A stretch of 31,125 nucleotides of DNA. Source: Fimbriimonadales bacterium (GTDB taxonomy: Bacteria > Armatimonadota > Fimbriimonadia > Fimbriimonadales > ATM1). Both the position numbers and the translations under genes were made by a program. The notes under the pieces were generated by a model. That model made no database searches. It was not told the DNA's origin and was given only the letters and a program-made list of their open reading frames with translations. The stretch spans positions 1 through 31,125 of the forward strand of contig JBPCLO010000047.1 of the NCBI GenBank assembly GCA_051003155.1. Direction: 5' to 3'. Below are positions 1 to 8,452 of this stretch, in pieces. Every line of letters starts with the position of its first letter. The first letter of the stretch is position 1.

Positions 1-127
1 AAGGTCCGGGCCAGGATTGGTTACCGGGAAACGGTTCGCCACGAGGCGAACGCATTCATCACAGGCCCTCTAGTAAATGGAGCGTGGGCGCGTTTGGACT
101 ATCTATCTTGGCGCATCGATCGCTAAT
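1..127. repeat. Left copy of a 127-bp perfect terminal inverted repeat
   Basis: Bases 1-127 (aaggtccggg...cgatcgctaat) are the exact reverse complement of 30999-31125; identity stops at 128. Confidence 0.97.
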
Positions 128-129
128 GG

Positions 130-182
130 CGTTCGTTTGTTTCCGCGTAGCCCGGATCGGCCAGACGTGGGGAGCCTTTCCC
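130..182. repeat. Partial copy of a structured intergenic repeat
   Basis: cgttcgtttgtttccgcgtagcccggatcggccagacgtggggagcctttccc aligns with 6246-6298 with a few substitutions/indels. Confidence 0.85.
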
Positions 183-199
183 GGTTAAGGAGAACATCA

Positions 200-625
200 A
201 TGAAACATACAGCCAGCGCCATCACCATCTTCCTCGCGATTTGCGCGAATGCCCAATGGACGGTCTTCAGCCTAAACCCCACCGGGTTTTTTCGTGCAGG
301 CTTGGGGTGCAGGGCGGCCAACAGGTCGGCTATGCCATCCACGGCACATATCACGCACGCCAACCTTTGGACGGGCACACGCGGCTCGTGGGTGGACCTG
401 ACCCCTCAGGGGGCGACTGAATCCGGTGCCTTAGACGTGGACGGTGGCCATCGGGCAGGCTGGGCAACGGTCGGAGGCATTGACCGCGCTAGCCTTTGGA
501 CAGGCACTGCCGGCTCTTGGGTGGACCTACACCCCCAAGGGGCAGCCAGATCCATTGCCCGTGGCGTGGATGGAGGCCAACAGGTCGGCAATGCCTTCGG
601 CGGCATTATGACCGTCCGTGGATGA
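200..625 (+). pseudogene. Truncated/frameshifted secreted repeat protein (GGQQVG...ASLWTGTAGSWVDL repeats, a type often PEP-CTERM anchored)
   Basis: RBS aaggag at 187-192, ATG at 200 and a signal peptide (MKHTASAITIFLAICANAQ). 43-aa repeats (nt 365 and 494). The first GVQGGQQVGYA motif lies in another frame (~305-345), and the gene ends abruptly in repeat 3 where the next gene starts. Confidence 0.75.
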
Positions 626-1595
626 GCTCGCCGGCCTCGTCGCCGAGATCGGTTTCTCAGGGGTGGTGCAGGTCGGACGTCAGCAGCTCGCCCACGGTGA
701 GGCCGACCGCGCACATGGCATCCTGAACTCCGTCGAGACCCGCTTCGCGATCGCCAGCGGGAGCAAGGGCATGACCGCGCTCGCCGTGATGAGCCTCGTG
801 GCCGACGGCGTGTTGAGCCTCGAGACTCGCGCCCGATCGCTGCTGGGCGGCGACCTTACTCTCGTCGACGACACAGTGACCGTCGAGCACCTGCTCGCAC
901 ACCGTTCAGGAATCGGTGACTACCTCGACGAGGAGGCCGAGTGGGAAGCCGACGACTACGTGCTCACCAGGCCCGTCCACGAGCTCACCACGACCGAGGC
1001 ATTCGTGCCGATGCTCGAGGGCTTCGCGCAGAAGTTCGAGCCCGGCACCGCCTTCTCCTACTGCAACGGCGGGTTCATTGTACTCGCGCTGCTGGCCGGG
1101 CGAGCCAGCGGCGTCGGCTACCACGAGCTCGTCCGGGAGCGCGTGCTCTCACCCGCCGGTATGCGTCGCTCCGACTTCCTGCGATCCGACCGGCTGCCGG
1201 GTGACACAGCGATCGGCTACCTCGTCGACGGTCGCACCAACGTCTTCCATCTCCCGGTCCTCGGCAACGGCGACGGCGGGCTCTACACCACGCTCGACGA
1301 CATGTCGGCGTTCTGGGAGTCGCTCTTCGCCGGCAGGATCCTCCCGCGCGAGCTCGTCGACGAGATGGTCCGGCCTCGTTCCGACGTGCCGGAGGAGCAC
1401 GCTCGCTACGGACTCGGCTTCTGGCTCGACGAGCACGGGCCGCAGGTATCGCTGACGGGTTACGACGCCGGCGTCTCGTTCCGCAGCGTCCACGACCCGA
1501 CGACCGGCTGCACGTGGACGGTCATGGCCAACACCTCCGCGGGCGCCTGGCCTATTGCTCGCCGTCTCTCCGAAGCACCTGGTAGGCAGTCCTGA
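618..1595 (+). CDS. Serine hydrolase, beta-lactamase/AmpC-like family
   Basis: SxxK (ASGSK), LLAHRSG, F.PG..FSYCN (YxN) and GGLY motifs; visibly more GC-rich than its neighbours. Confidence 0.9.
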   Translation: MDELAGLVAEIGFSGVVQVGRQQLAHGEADRAHGILNSVETRFAIASGSKGMTALAVMSLVADGVLSLETRARSLLGGDLTLVDDTVTVEHLLAHRSGIGDYLDEEAEWEADDYVLTRPVHELTTTEAFVPMLEGFAQKFEPGTAFSYCNGGFIVLALLAGRASGVGYHELVRERVLSPAGMRRSDFLRSDRLPGDTAIGYLVDGRTNVFHLPVLGNGDGGLYTTLDDMSAFWESLFAGRILPRELVDEMVRPRSDVPEEHARYGLGFWLDEHGPQVSLTGYDAGVSFRSVHDPTTGCTWTVMANTSAGAWPIARRLSEAPGRQS

Positions 1596-1666
1596 CGGTA
1601 ACCGCGCGCTCGAGCTCGGTCATAACGGAGTCGAAGAACTGCTTGCGGAGCCCTGAATGCTCACGT

Positions 1667-1758
1667 GTGCCATAGTTAGCTATGGGTACGGCCCTTCCAA
1701 AAGCGGCCCCGTCGCCGAAGGGAACGTGGGCAGGGGCACCGGCATGATCTGCCATGGC
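1667..1758. repeat. Diverged copy of structured intergenic repeat
   Basis: gtgccatagttagctatggg (1667-1686) matches 6222-6241 at 18/20; downstream acgtggg and ccatggc occur in the same order as in the 6222-6304 copy. Confidence 0.6.
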
Positions 1759-1847
1759 TGGATCGCAGCCATCAAGGGTAAAGCGATCTACACTGAGCAT
1801 CAAGGGCTGCCAATCTCGAACGGCGGGCAAAGGCAATCCACTGGTAA

Positions 1848-3848
1848 ATGATGGCCAAAGCCGAGCAGACATACGGTCCCGCAGCGCGCAGTTTGGCCCC
1901 TTGGCTCTGGCTCCTCTTCCTGCTGTTCTGCCTCAGAGTGATTGGCCAACTTCTCGTTGCGGTTTGGAGGGTGCCATATCTCCCGCCAATGGAGGAGTGG
2001 TTCTCGGGGTTGGTGCCCTATCCCACTTTGTTCGCTGCCCAGGTGCTGATCATTGCGCTGCTAGCGACGGTATGCGTACAGTTCTCGCGTGGGGACGGCT
2101 GGTTCGTCCGGCCAAGGCGTGGATTCGGGATGGGTTTGCTATGGTTCGGCTCCCTTTATCTTGCGGTGATGATCGGTCGCTATATCATCCATATGGCGAT
2201 ACACCCAGAGGAGCGATGGTTCGGAGGATCGATCCCGATCTTCTTCCACTGGCTCCTTGCTGCATACGTGCTCATGGTTGCGAAGTACCACCTTATGCTC
2301 AGCAGCCAGCGGGAGCCGATCGCAAAGGAAGAGGAGTACTCGGGCGGGCTCATCACGCGCCGGCGAGTTCTCGAATTGGTGGGCACTGGGGTCGTCGTTG
2401 CCGCCGGTGGATTCGGACTGGTTCGGCTCCTCGAGACATGGCTTAGGAAGGCCCTGGACCCACTCTTCGTTAACGACATGCACTCGCATCTCAACGGAGC
2501 TCGCGTCGCCGAGTTGCTCGAGCCGAGCTCGCTCGAGGAGCTTTACGGCCTAATCAAGGGCGCGAAGAGATCGAAGAAGTACCTTTCAGTCTGCGGATCC
2601 AGACATGCGATGGGCGGCCAGCAGTTCCTAGAGGGCGGGAGCCTCATAGACACACGGAAGATGAAGACCGTCATCGACCTTGACGAGCAGCGAGGACTGG
2701 TGGAGATCGAGGCGGGTATCGAGTGGCCGGACTTGGTGGATCACTTGCTCGCCGTGCAAAAGGGCCAGGCAAACCAGTGGAGCATCTCGACCAAACAGAC
2801 CGGCGCGGACAAGCTGACGGTTGGAGGCGCCCTTTCTGCCAACGCGCACGGGCGAAGCCTTACCAAGAAACCTTTCATCAGCGATGTCGAGTCGTTCCTT
2901 CTCGTGAACGGCGATGGCGACATGGTTCGCTGCAGCCGTGCCGTAAACCCCGAGCTATTCTCGCTGGCGATCGGCGGATATGGCCTCTTCGGAGTGGCGC
3001 ACTCGGTAGTCCTGCGGCTTGTCCACCGCCAGAAGCTGCGCCGGGTAGTCGAGGTCTTGGACATCGACGATCTGGCTGCAGGATTCGATAGGCGCATTGC
3101 CGATGGGTTCGTGCTCGGCGACTTCCAATTCGCCACAGATGAGAACTCGAGCCAGTTCCTGCGACAGGGTGTGTTCTCGTGCTACCAGCCCGTGGATATG
3201 GCCACACCGATCCCGGAAGGACAGGACGTGGTTTCGGATAGAGCATGGGAAGAGCTTGTCTACCTCGCTCACACCGACAAGAGCCGGGCGTTCGAGCTCT
3301 ATTCAGAGTTCTATTTGAAATCCTCGGGCCAAATCTATTGGTCCGACACTTCGCAGATCGGCGCCTACCCAGTCGACTACCACAGGCAGATCGATCAGCG
3401 AATGAAAGCGGGCACGCCTGCCAGCGAGATGATAACGGAGCTTTATGTGCCGCGGCATAAGCTAGCGAGTTTTATGTCCGCGGCAGCGGAGGCAATGCGC
3501 AAGAAGAATGGGAATGTGATCTACGGCACCATCCGCTTGATCGAGAAAGACGATGAGAGCTTCCTAGCCTGGGCGAAACAGGACTACGCGTGCGTCATCT
3601 TCAACCTGCACGTGATCCACTCGCCCAAGAAGATCGAGGAAGCGATAGAAGCATTTCGGGCCTTGATCGACCTTGCCATCGAGCGAGACGGCAGCTATTA
3701 CCTGACCTACCACCGATGGGCGCGCAAGGATCAGGTCCTTGCCTGTTATCCGCAGTTTCCCGACTTCCTCGCCAAGAAGCTCCAGTACGATCCGGATGAG
3801 CGGTTCCAGAGCGACTGGTATCGCCACTACAAGGGCATGTTTGCCTGA
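1848..3848 (+). CDS. FAD-binding oxidoreductase (VAO/ALO/DprE1-like) fused to an N-terminal 4-TM domain and internal twin-arginine helix
   Basis: 666-aa ORF; GSRHAMGGQ, LTVGGALSANAHG, AIGGYGLFG and C-terminal YYLTY...K..YDP..RF motifs; four hydrophobic segments, then TRRRVL. Confidence 0.85.
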   Translation: MMAKAEQTYGPAARSLAPWLWLLFLLFCLRVIGQLLVAVWRVPYLPPMEEWFSGLVPYPTLFAAQVLIIALLATVCVQFSRGDGWFVRPRRGFGMGLLWFGSLYLAVMIGRYIIHMAIHPEERWFGGSIPIFFHWLLAAYVLMVAKYHLMLSSQREPIAKEEEYSGGLITRRRVLELVGTGVVVAAGGFGLVRLLETWLRKALDPLFVNDMHSHLNGARVAELLEPSSLEELYGLIKGAKRSKKYLSVCGSRHAMGGQQFLEGGSLIDTRKMKTVIDLDEQRGLVEIEAGIEWPDLVDHLLAVQKGQANQWSISTKQTGADKLTVGGALSANAHGRSLTKKPFISDVESFLLVNGDGDMVRCSRAVNPELFSLAIGGYGLFGVAHSVVLRLVHRQKLRRVVEVLDIDDLAAGFDRRIADGFVLGDFQFATDENSSQFLRQGVFSCYQPVDMATPIPEGQDVVSDRAWEELVYLAHTDKSRAFELYSEFYLKSSGQIYWSDTSQIGAYPVDYHRQIDQRMKAGTPASEMITELYVPRHKLASFMSAAAEAMRKKNGNVIYGTIRLIEKDDESFLAWAKQDYACVIFNLHVIHSPKKIEEAIEAFRALIDLAIERDGSYYLTYHRWARKDQVLACYPQFPDFLAKKLQYDPDERFQSDWYRHYKGMFA

Positions 3849-3912
3849 GAAGTGCCACACCACAGGCGTGTGAGCATAGAGGATCTTGGGCGGCCTTCCT
3901 CTGAGATTCGCT

Positions 3913-3960
3913 TAGTTGGCGGTCAGGCTTATCTGCTAGTTGGCGGTCAGGCTTATCTGC
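3913..3960. repeat. Perfect 2 x 24-bp tandem repeat
   Basis: tagttggcggtcaggcttatctgc at 3913-3936 and 3937-3960. Confidence 0.95.
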
Positions 3961-4055
3961 GAGTGCCAGAGGTGCTTCGCCACTTGGTGGAGTAGCGGAA
4001 TTCCGTGATATACTTGATGGCGATTTGCATGTCTCTGTATCGGAGGTTTTGCGGG

Positions 4056-5927
4056 ATGACAAGATTCGCCATGATGAGGGTGCTTACAGTGACGACGATG
4101 TTTGCGTGCGCGTTCGTTGCACATGCCCAAACCGTTCCGTTCATTTGGATTAGGCCCGGCCTTGGAGCTTGGCCTCAACAGTTATCACAAACGCACGACG
4201 GTACCATTCTCGCCGTGTCCGCTGGAGATGGGGTGCTGCGGTTTTGGCGCACCTCTGATGGCTCCCCTATAGGAACGTCTCCAGTGAATGCATTTAGCGG
4301 AATAATTTCCGGAGACGGGCAGACGTTCCTGGCTCATTGGGGGCGAGACCTGCGCCTATATCGGATTAGTGACGCTACGACCGTAAGAATCCTCGCGGGC
4401 CATACCGAGATTCTAACTGACGTCGATTGGTCGCGAGACGGAATTCTCGGAGCCTCGGCAGCCGAAGACAATACAGCACGTCTCTGGGACGTGCCTACGG
4501 GGACCTTGCTAAAAACGTTGCCTCATCCCGACGTCGTCTTCAATGTATCGATCTCTCCCAACAAGAAGTTTGTTGCAACCGGGTGTCGAGATTGGTTTGT
4601 GCGTATTTGGCGAGTATCTGACGGCGCACTCTTGCGCACGCTTACCGGAGAAGGGTCTGGGGATGGCTTGGAATTCTCACCAGATGGAACCATGCTCACC
4701 GCTTGCAGGTCGAACGCTGGAGGATTGAGGATTTGGGAGACTTCCACTTGGACTGTACTTCGGGACGTTCCCGGTGCCGAGAACGCCGCCACCTGTACTT
4801 GGTATCCAAGTTCGCAATACATCTTCTCGGCTGGTGGGGCCAGCTTTGGCCACGTTGCCGTATCCAGAGTGGCCGACGGTAATACACGACTTTGGTACAC
4901 CCAGGCAGAGCATGCTACATGCCCAGTCGCCGTGTCGACAGACGCACAACAACTGTTTCTTGGCGCTGGAAATGCGAAGCACATCTACGTATACCGAGAG
5001 TCAGATGGTCAGCTGATCTCCACCTTGGGTGACCACACGGGTCCCGTAGCTGGTGTTGCGTTCTCTCCGGACAATGCTCTCGTTGCGAGTGGAAGCGGTG
5101 ACCGATCCATCCAACTTTTCCAGGCAGAACAGGGCAATCCTTTAGGAGTGCTCGGGATGCACGATGACGCCGTCACTTCGGTTGCATTTTCGCCGGACGG
5201 TCAGGTTGTCGCGTCGGCTAGCAACGATCGATCCGTGCGACTCTGGAGGGTTTCTGACAGAACCTTAATACGCACCCTATTAGGACACACGAACGCTGTT
5301 ACCTCGGTTGCATTTTCGCCCACTGATCCCATCATTGCCTCGGCTAGCAATGATGGAAGCGTGAGAATATGGGACTCGGCTACCGGATCGCTTCTCAGAA
5401 CATTGACCACCCCTGTTCTAACAGTAATGCAAAGAGTGCGTGACGTGCGTGAGGTCGCTTTCTCTTCGGATGGGTCATTCTTAGCGGCGGTCAGCCGGAA
5501 TGGCGTTGTCGCCATCTACCGAACGTCCGACTTCTCAATAGCGCGATTGCTAACAACTCCCGGAGTCGATCTGGTGTCGGTGAGGTTTTCGCCTGACGGT
5601 CAATGGCTTGCCGCTGGCGGGAGTGATAACACCGTGCGACTTTGGCAGCTGAGCGGTGGTCCACCGTCAATACTGGCGGGTTTCAACTTCGCGGTGGGCG
5701 CGGTTGCCTTCACGGCGGATAACCAATTCCTGATCGCTGGCGACCGATCCAACAACGGAGCCATTCGCAGCCTCCTCAGAGTGTATCGGGTTTCCGACGG
5801 ATCTTTGATCAGCAACTACGATTTGGAAACGGGCGGCATAAACGATATCGCGACATCGCCAAATGGACAGTGGTTCGCATTGGCGCGTCACGATTCAACG
5901 GTGCTGATGGGCCCAACCCCACGTTAG
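4056..5927 (+). CDS. Secreted WD40-repeat protein (probably a double beta-propeller)
   Basis: Multiple GH...V.SVAFSPDG..ASAS.D.SVR(L/I)W repeats; signal peptide ending AHA-Q; RBS ggagg at 4042-4046 supports ATG 4056. Confidence 0.92.
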   Translation: MTRFAMMRVLTVTTMFACAFVAHAQTVPFIWIRPGLGAWPQQLSQTHDGTILAVSAGDGVLRFWRTSDGSPIGTSPVNAFSGIISGDGQTFLAHWGRDLRLYRISDATTVRILAGHTEILTDVDWSRDGILGASAAEDNTARLWDVPTGTLLKTLPHPDVVFNVSISPNKKFVATGCRDWFVRIWRVSDGALLRTLTGEGSGDGLEFSPDGTMLTACRSNAGGLRIWETSTWTVLRDVPGAENAATCTWYPSSQYIFSAGGASFGHVAVSRVADGNTRLWYTQAEHATCPVAVSTDAQQLFLGAGNAKHIYVYRESDGQLISTLGDHTGPVAGVAFSPDNALVASGSGDRSIQLFQAEQGNPLGVLGMHDDAVTSVAFSPDGQVVASASNDRSVRLWRVSDRTLIRTLLGHTNAVTSVAFSPTDPIIASASNDGSVRIWDSATGSLLRTLTTPVLTVMQRVRDVREVAFSSDGSFLAAVSRNGVVAIYRTSDFSIARLLTTPGVDLVSVRFSPDGQWLAAGGSDNTVRLWQLSGGPPSILAGFNFAVGAVAFTADNQFLIAGDRSNNGAIRSLLRVYRVSDGSLISNYDLETGGINDIATSPNGQWFALARHDSTVLMGPTPR

Positions 5928-6221
5928 TGTTTCCAAGGGATGACCATTAGGGGCCTCGAAACATGATCTCCTGACCCCGCTCCATCGAGATCACGCAGGG
6001 CGAGTGCGACGATGTGCTGACGCTGTTCGCGGGCCACGAGTGGGTTCAGCGCGCCATGCGCAAGGGAAATCCTGCGGAGAAAGCGATGAATCTTGCACGC
6101 CATAAAAGGGCGTCCGTGTTCGTCCGCGAAATGCAATAGGCTATATCTCAAGGCTGGGGCTTCAAAACGCGGGCTACGGCTCGTGTAGCGGCCCCTTTTG
6201 GCTGAACGCCGGTTGTTCACG

Positions 6222-6304
6222 GTGCCATAGTCAGCTACGGGAAGTCGTTCGTTCGTTTCCGCGTGGCCCGGATCGGGCCGGACGTGGGGAGTCTTCCCAT
6301 GGCA
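6222..6304. repeat. Most complete copy of structured intergenic repeat
   Basis: Nested inverted repeats tgccat/atggca, gggaag/cttccc and ggcccg-gat-cgggcc; shares segments with 130-182 and 1667-1758. Confidence 0.8.
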
Positions 6305-6445
6305 ATTCGCGCGCGGGTGAGCTACCGCGCGCTCGGTTCGACGTTCGTGTACCCCTGGCTCGGCCGCATCGACAAAGCATGGTGGACGTTCCCAGGATAG
6401 GGCCCGAGGGTTACGAAGGGTTGGCAAACCTCTGTATACTGCGGC

Positions 6446-8128
6446 ATGCGTAGCTGCCTCTTCGCCTGTCTCCTGTCCTTCGCCTCGATGGCCGCCGGCC
6501 AGAACGGATTCACGGGCCTCGTCACTGCCTCCGGCTCGCCTGTCGCGGGCGCCCGGGTTACACTCTTTACGCCGAATCTAAGCCAGTTCTTCGAGACAAG
6601 GACGGCAGGCGATGGCCGCTACACGATCACCGGCGTGCCTCCTATGCCCTACCGCTTGGGTGTGGCAAAGGTGAATCTTGGCTACCAAGAGATCCAGGTG
6701 GACACCAACGGCGGCATGCAGACGATGAACTTCGCGCTGCAGCCGGAAACGCACCCCGGGCAGTGGAACATCGTCGGGAATACCCTGCCGGAGTTCTTCG
6801 ATGGGACGGACATAGCTGTACTTCTGGCGAACGGCAAGATCTTCTACTGCCATGACACTACCGACCCGATCCTCTTCGATCCCGTGACGGGCCAGAAGAC
6901 GTTCCCTGCCGGATTCTGGCTGCCAAGCGGATGTATGAACGGCACGCTGGGGACTGACGGCAAGGTGTTCTTCGCAGGAGGCCAAGAAGGGAACGATCCT
7001 GGAAGCTTCACTAACGCGGTGCGATATGTCCGAACGTACAACCCAGCAACGAACTCTTGGCAACGGCTGCCCGACCTCCTGCAAGAGAACGGCCGCTGGT
7101 ATCCGGGCTTCGCGCGGCTCGCGGACGGGTCTTATTTGGCCATGGGTGGCGGCACGCGTCCCAAGGCCGAGCGCACCGACACCTGCGAGTGGTGGAATCC
7201 GACTACGCAAAGCTGGTCGTGGACCGGCTCGATGCTTAATCCTGCAGAGTTCCCACCCGCGGCGCTGCTGCACAACGGGAAGGTGCTGATCACATGGTCT
7301 CCGCCTCAGCTTTTTAGCCCGGCGACCGAAACCTGGACGGCAACCGGCAACTTCATCCAGCCCGAGCGAGGCTGGCCGAACCACTCCGACCATTCGATCG
7401 TCGTGCTCTCCGACGGGCGTGTCGCCGCGGTCGGCGTCCGAAAGGGGCCGAGCAATAACCAGTTTATGGGCGAAATCTACAACCCGTTGACGCAGACATG
7501 GAGCCTTACCTCGAATCCGGGCCTCGTGCGCCTTCAGCCCGAGGTGGTCCAGCTTCCAGACGGCCGCATCTTTGTCGGGGCAGGCGAGGGCGAGGGCGAT
7601 CTGGGCGGGATCCCCAACATCCTCGGTATCGTCAAGTGGACCGATCTCTTCGACCCATCGACGAATGCATGGCGACGCGTGGCCGACATGAACCACTTCC
7701 GCGAATATCACGCGGTGACGCTGCTCGTGCCTGACGGGCGCGTGTTCACGACAGGCGGCACGCGAATTAAATTCCAGTACGGGCCGACGAGCGCGGACGT
7801 CGAGGCCTTTTCGCCTCCCTATCTATTCCGCGGCGTGCGCCCGCGGATCGGAAGGCTGGCCTCGACCCTGATTCGAGGTTCTGGGCAGAAGATCACGATC
7901 ACCCCGGCAACTCAGGTCACCAGCGTTGTATTGATTGGAACGCAGTCGACCACTCATTGGGTGGACGGCGGCATTCCTCGCCGCGTCGTTATGCGCCCTG
8001 GGCAAGCGGGCAATACCGTTTCGTTTGACCTGCCCTCCAATGCCAACCTGCTGCCGTCCGGGCACTACATGCTCTTTGCCATGGTCGACGACATTCCCTC
8101 GATCGGCCAAATCGTGCGAGTTCCGTGA
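6446..8128 (+). CDS. Secreted Kelch/galactose-oxidase-like (AA5-type copper radical oxidase) with N-terminal carboxypeptidase-regulatory-like and C-terminal DUF1929/E-set domain
   Basis: Signal peptide; Kelch repeats; RWYP, REYHAVTLLVPDGRVF, FSPPYLFRG, TTH and LPSGHYMLF..DDIPS motifs. Confidence 0.88.
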   Translation: MRSCLFACLLSFASMAAGQNGFTGLVTASGSPVAGARVTLFTPNLSQFFETRTAGDGRYTITGVPPMPYRLGVAKVNLGYQEIQVDTNGGMQTMNFALQPETHPGQWNIVGNTLPEFFDGTDIAVLLANGKIFYCHDTTDPILFDPVTGQKTFPAGFWLPSGCMNGTLGTDGKVFFAGGQEGNDPGSFTNAVRYVRTYNPATNSWQRLPDLLQENGRWYPGFARLADGSYLAMGGGTRPKAERTDTCEWWNPTTQSWSWTGSMLNPAEFPPAALLHNGKVLITWSPPQLFSPATETWTATGNFIQPERGWPNHSDHSIVVLSDGRVAAVGVRKGPSNNQFMGEIYNPLTQTWSLTSNPGLVRLQPEVVQLPDGRIFVGAGEGEGDLGGIPNILGIVKWTDLFDPSTNAWRRVADMNHFREYHAVTLLVPDGRVFTTGGTRIKFQYGPTSADVEAFSPPYLFRGVRPRIGRLASTLIRGSGQKITITPATQVTSVVLIGTQSTTHWVDGGIPRRVVMRPGQAGNTVSFDLPSNANLLPSGHYMLFAMVDDIPSIGQIVRVP

Positions 8129-8156
8129 ACGCCGCAAGGGCAGTTTGGATTTACTG

Positions 8157-8191
8157 TGCCGGCGCCCTGAAAAAGGGCGAAGTCGCCGGCA
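8157..8191 (+). other. GC-rich hairpin downstream of the oxidase gene (possible terminator/stabiliser)
   Basis: tgccggcg...cgccggca with alternative inner cgccct-gaaaa-agggcg; no U-tract. Confidence 0.4.
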
Positions 8192-8452
8192 AGCGTTCCC
8201 GAATCAAAGGCTGGCGCAACGCGACGTCCTCTGACCCCGATCGGGTGGCCGTGGGTGGAGGAAGTCGCCGAACGCGAACATCGGCCCATTGATCGAGCGG
8301 GGCTCGGCAATCCTTGACGTTGATATGCACCCCGCCGACGGCACCGACGCGATGCGCCGGGTGGAGGCGGTGTGGGGTGACAAGTTGGGCAATCTGCCCG
8401 CTGGTACTTTCTTCCGGCTGATGCGCCCGTCTCCGGTGCATAATCCGAGCCT

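Noticed and set aside
1..127. Telomere of a linear plasmid or phage
   Set aside because: Cargo is core chromosomal genes, no replication or terminal-protein genes are present, and the length equals a typical assembler k-mer.
1620..1681. Possible integron attC (TCATAAC ... GTTAGCT)
   Set aside because: Only TAAC/GTTA pair, there are no complementary L boxes, the related copy has GTC rather than GTT, and no integrase is present.
3913..3960. Possible mini CRISPR array
   Set aside because: Two units directly abut with no spacer; no cas genes.
6222..6304. Firm call as HDV-like ribozyme or riboswitch
   Set aside because: Canonical P1/P3 pseudoknot could not be built and no known riboswitch consensus was matched; kept only as a hypothesis.
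5924..6427. 167-aa minus-strand ORF and a short plus-strand coding-like scrap (~5985-6139)
   Set aside because: No recognisable motifs; the ORF runs through the structured repeat; at most gene debris.
6578..7711. Long antisense ORFs (also 8624-9268, 9835-10680, 29081-29638)
   Set aside because: Shadow frames of well-supported genes, expected in GC-rich DNA.
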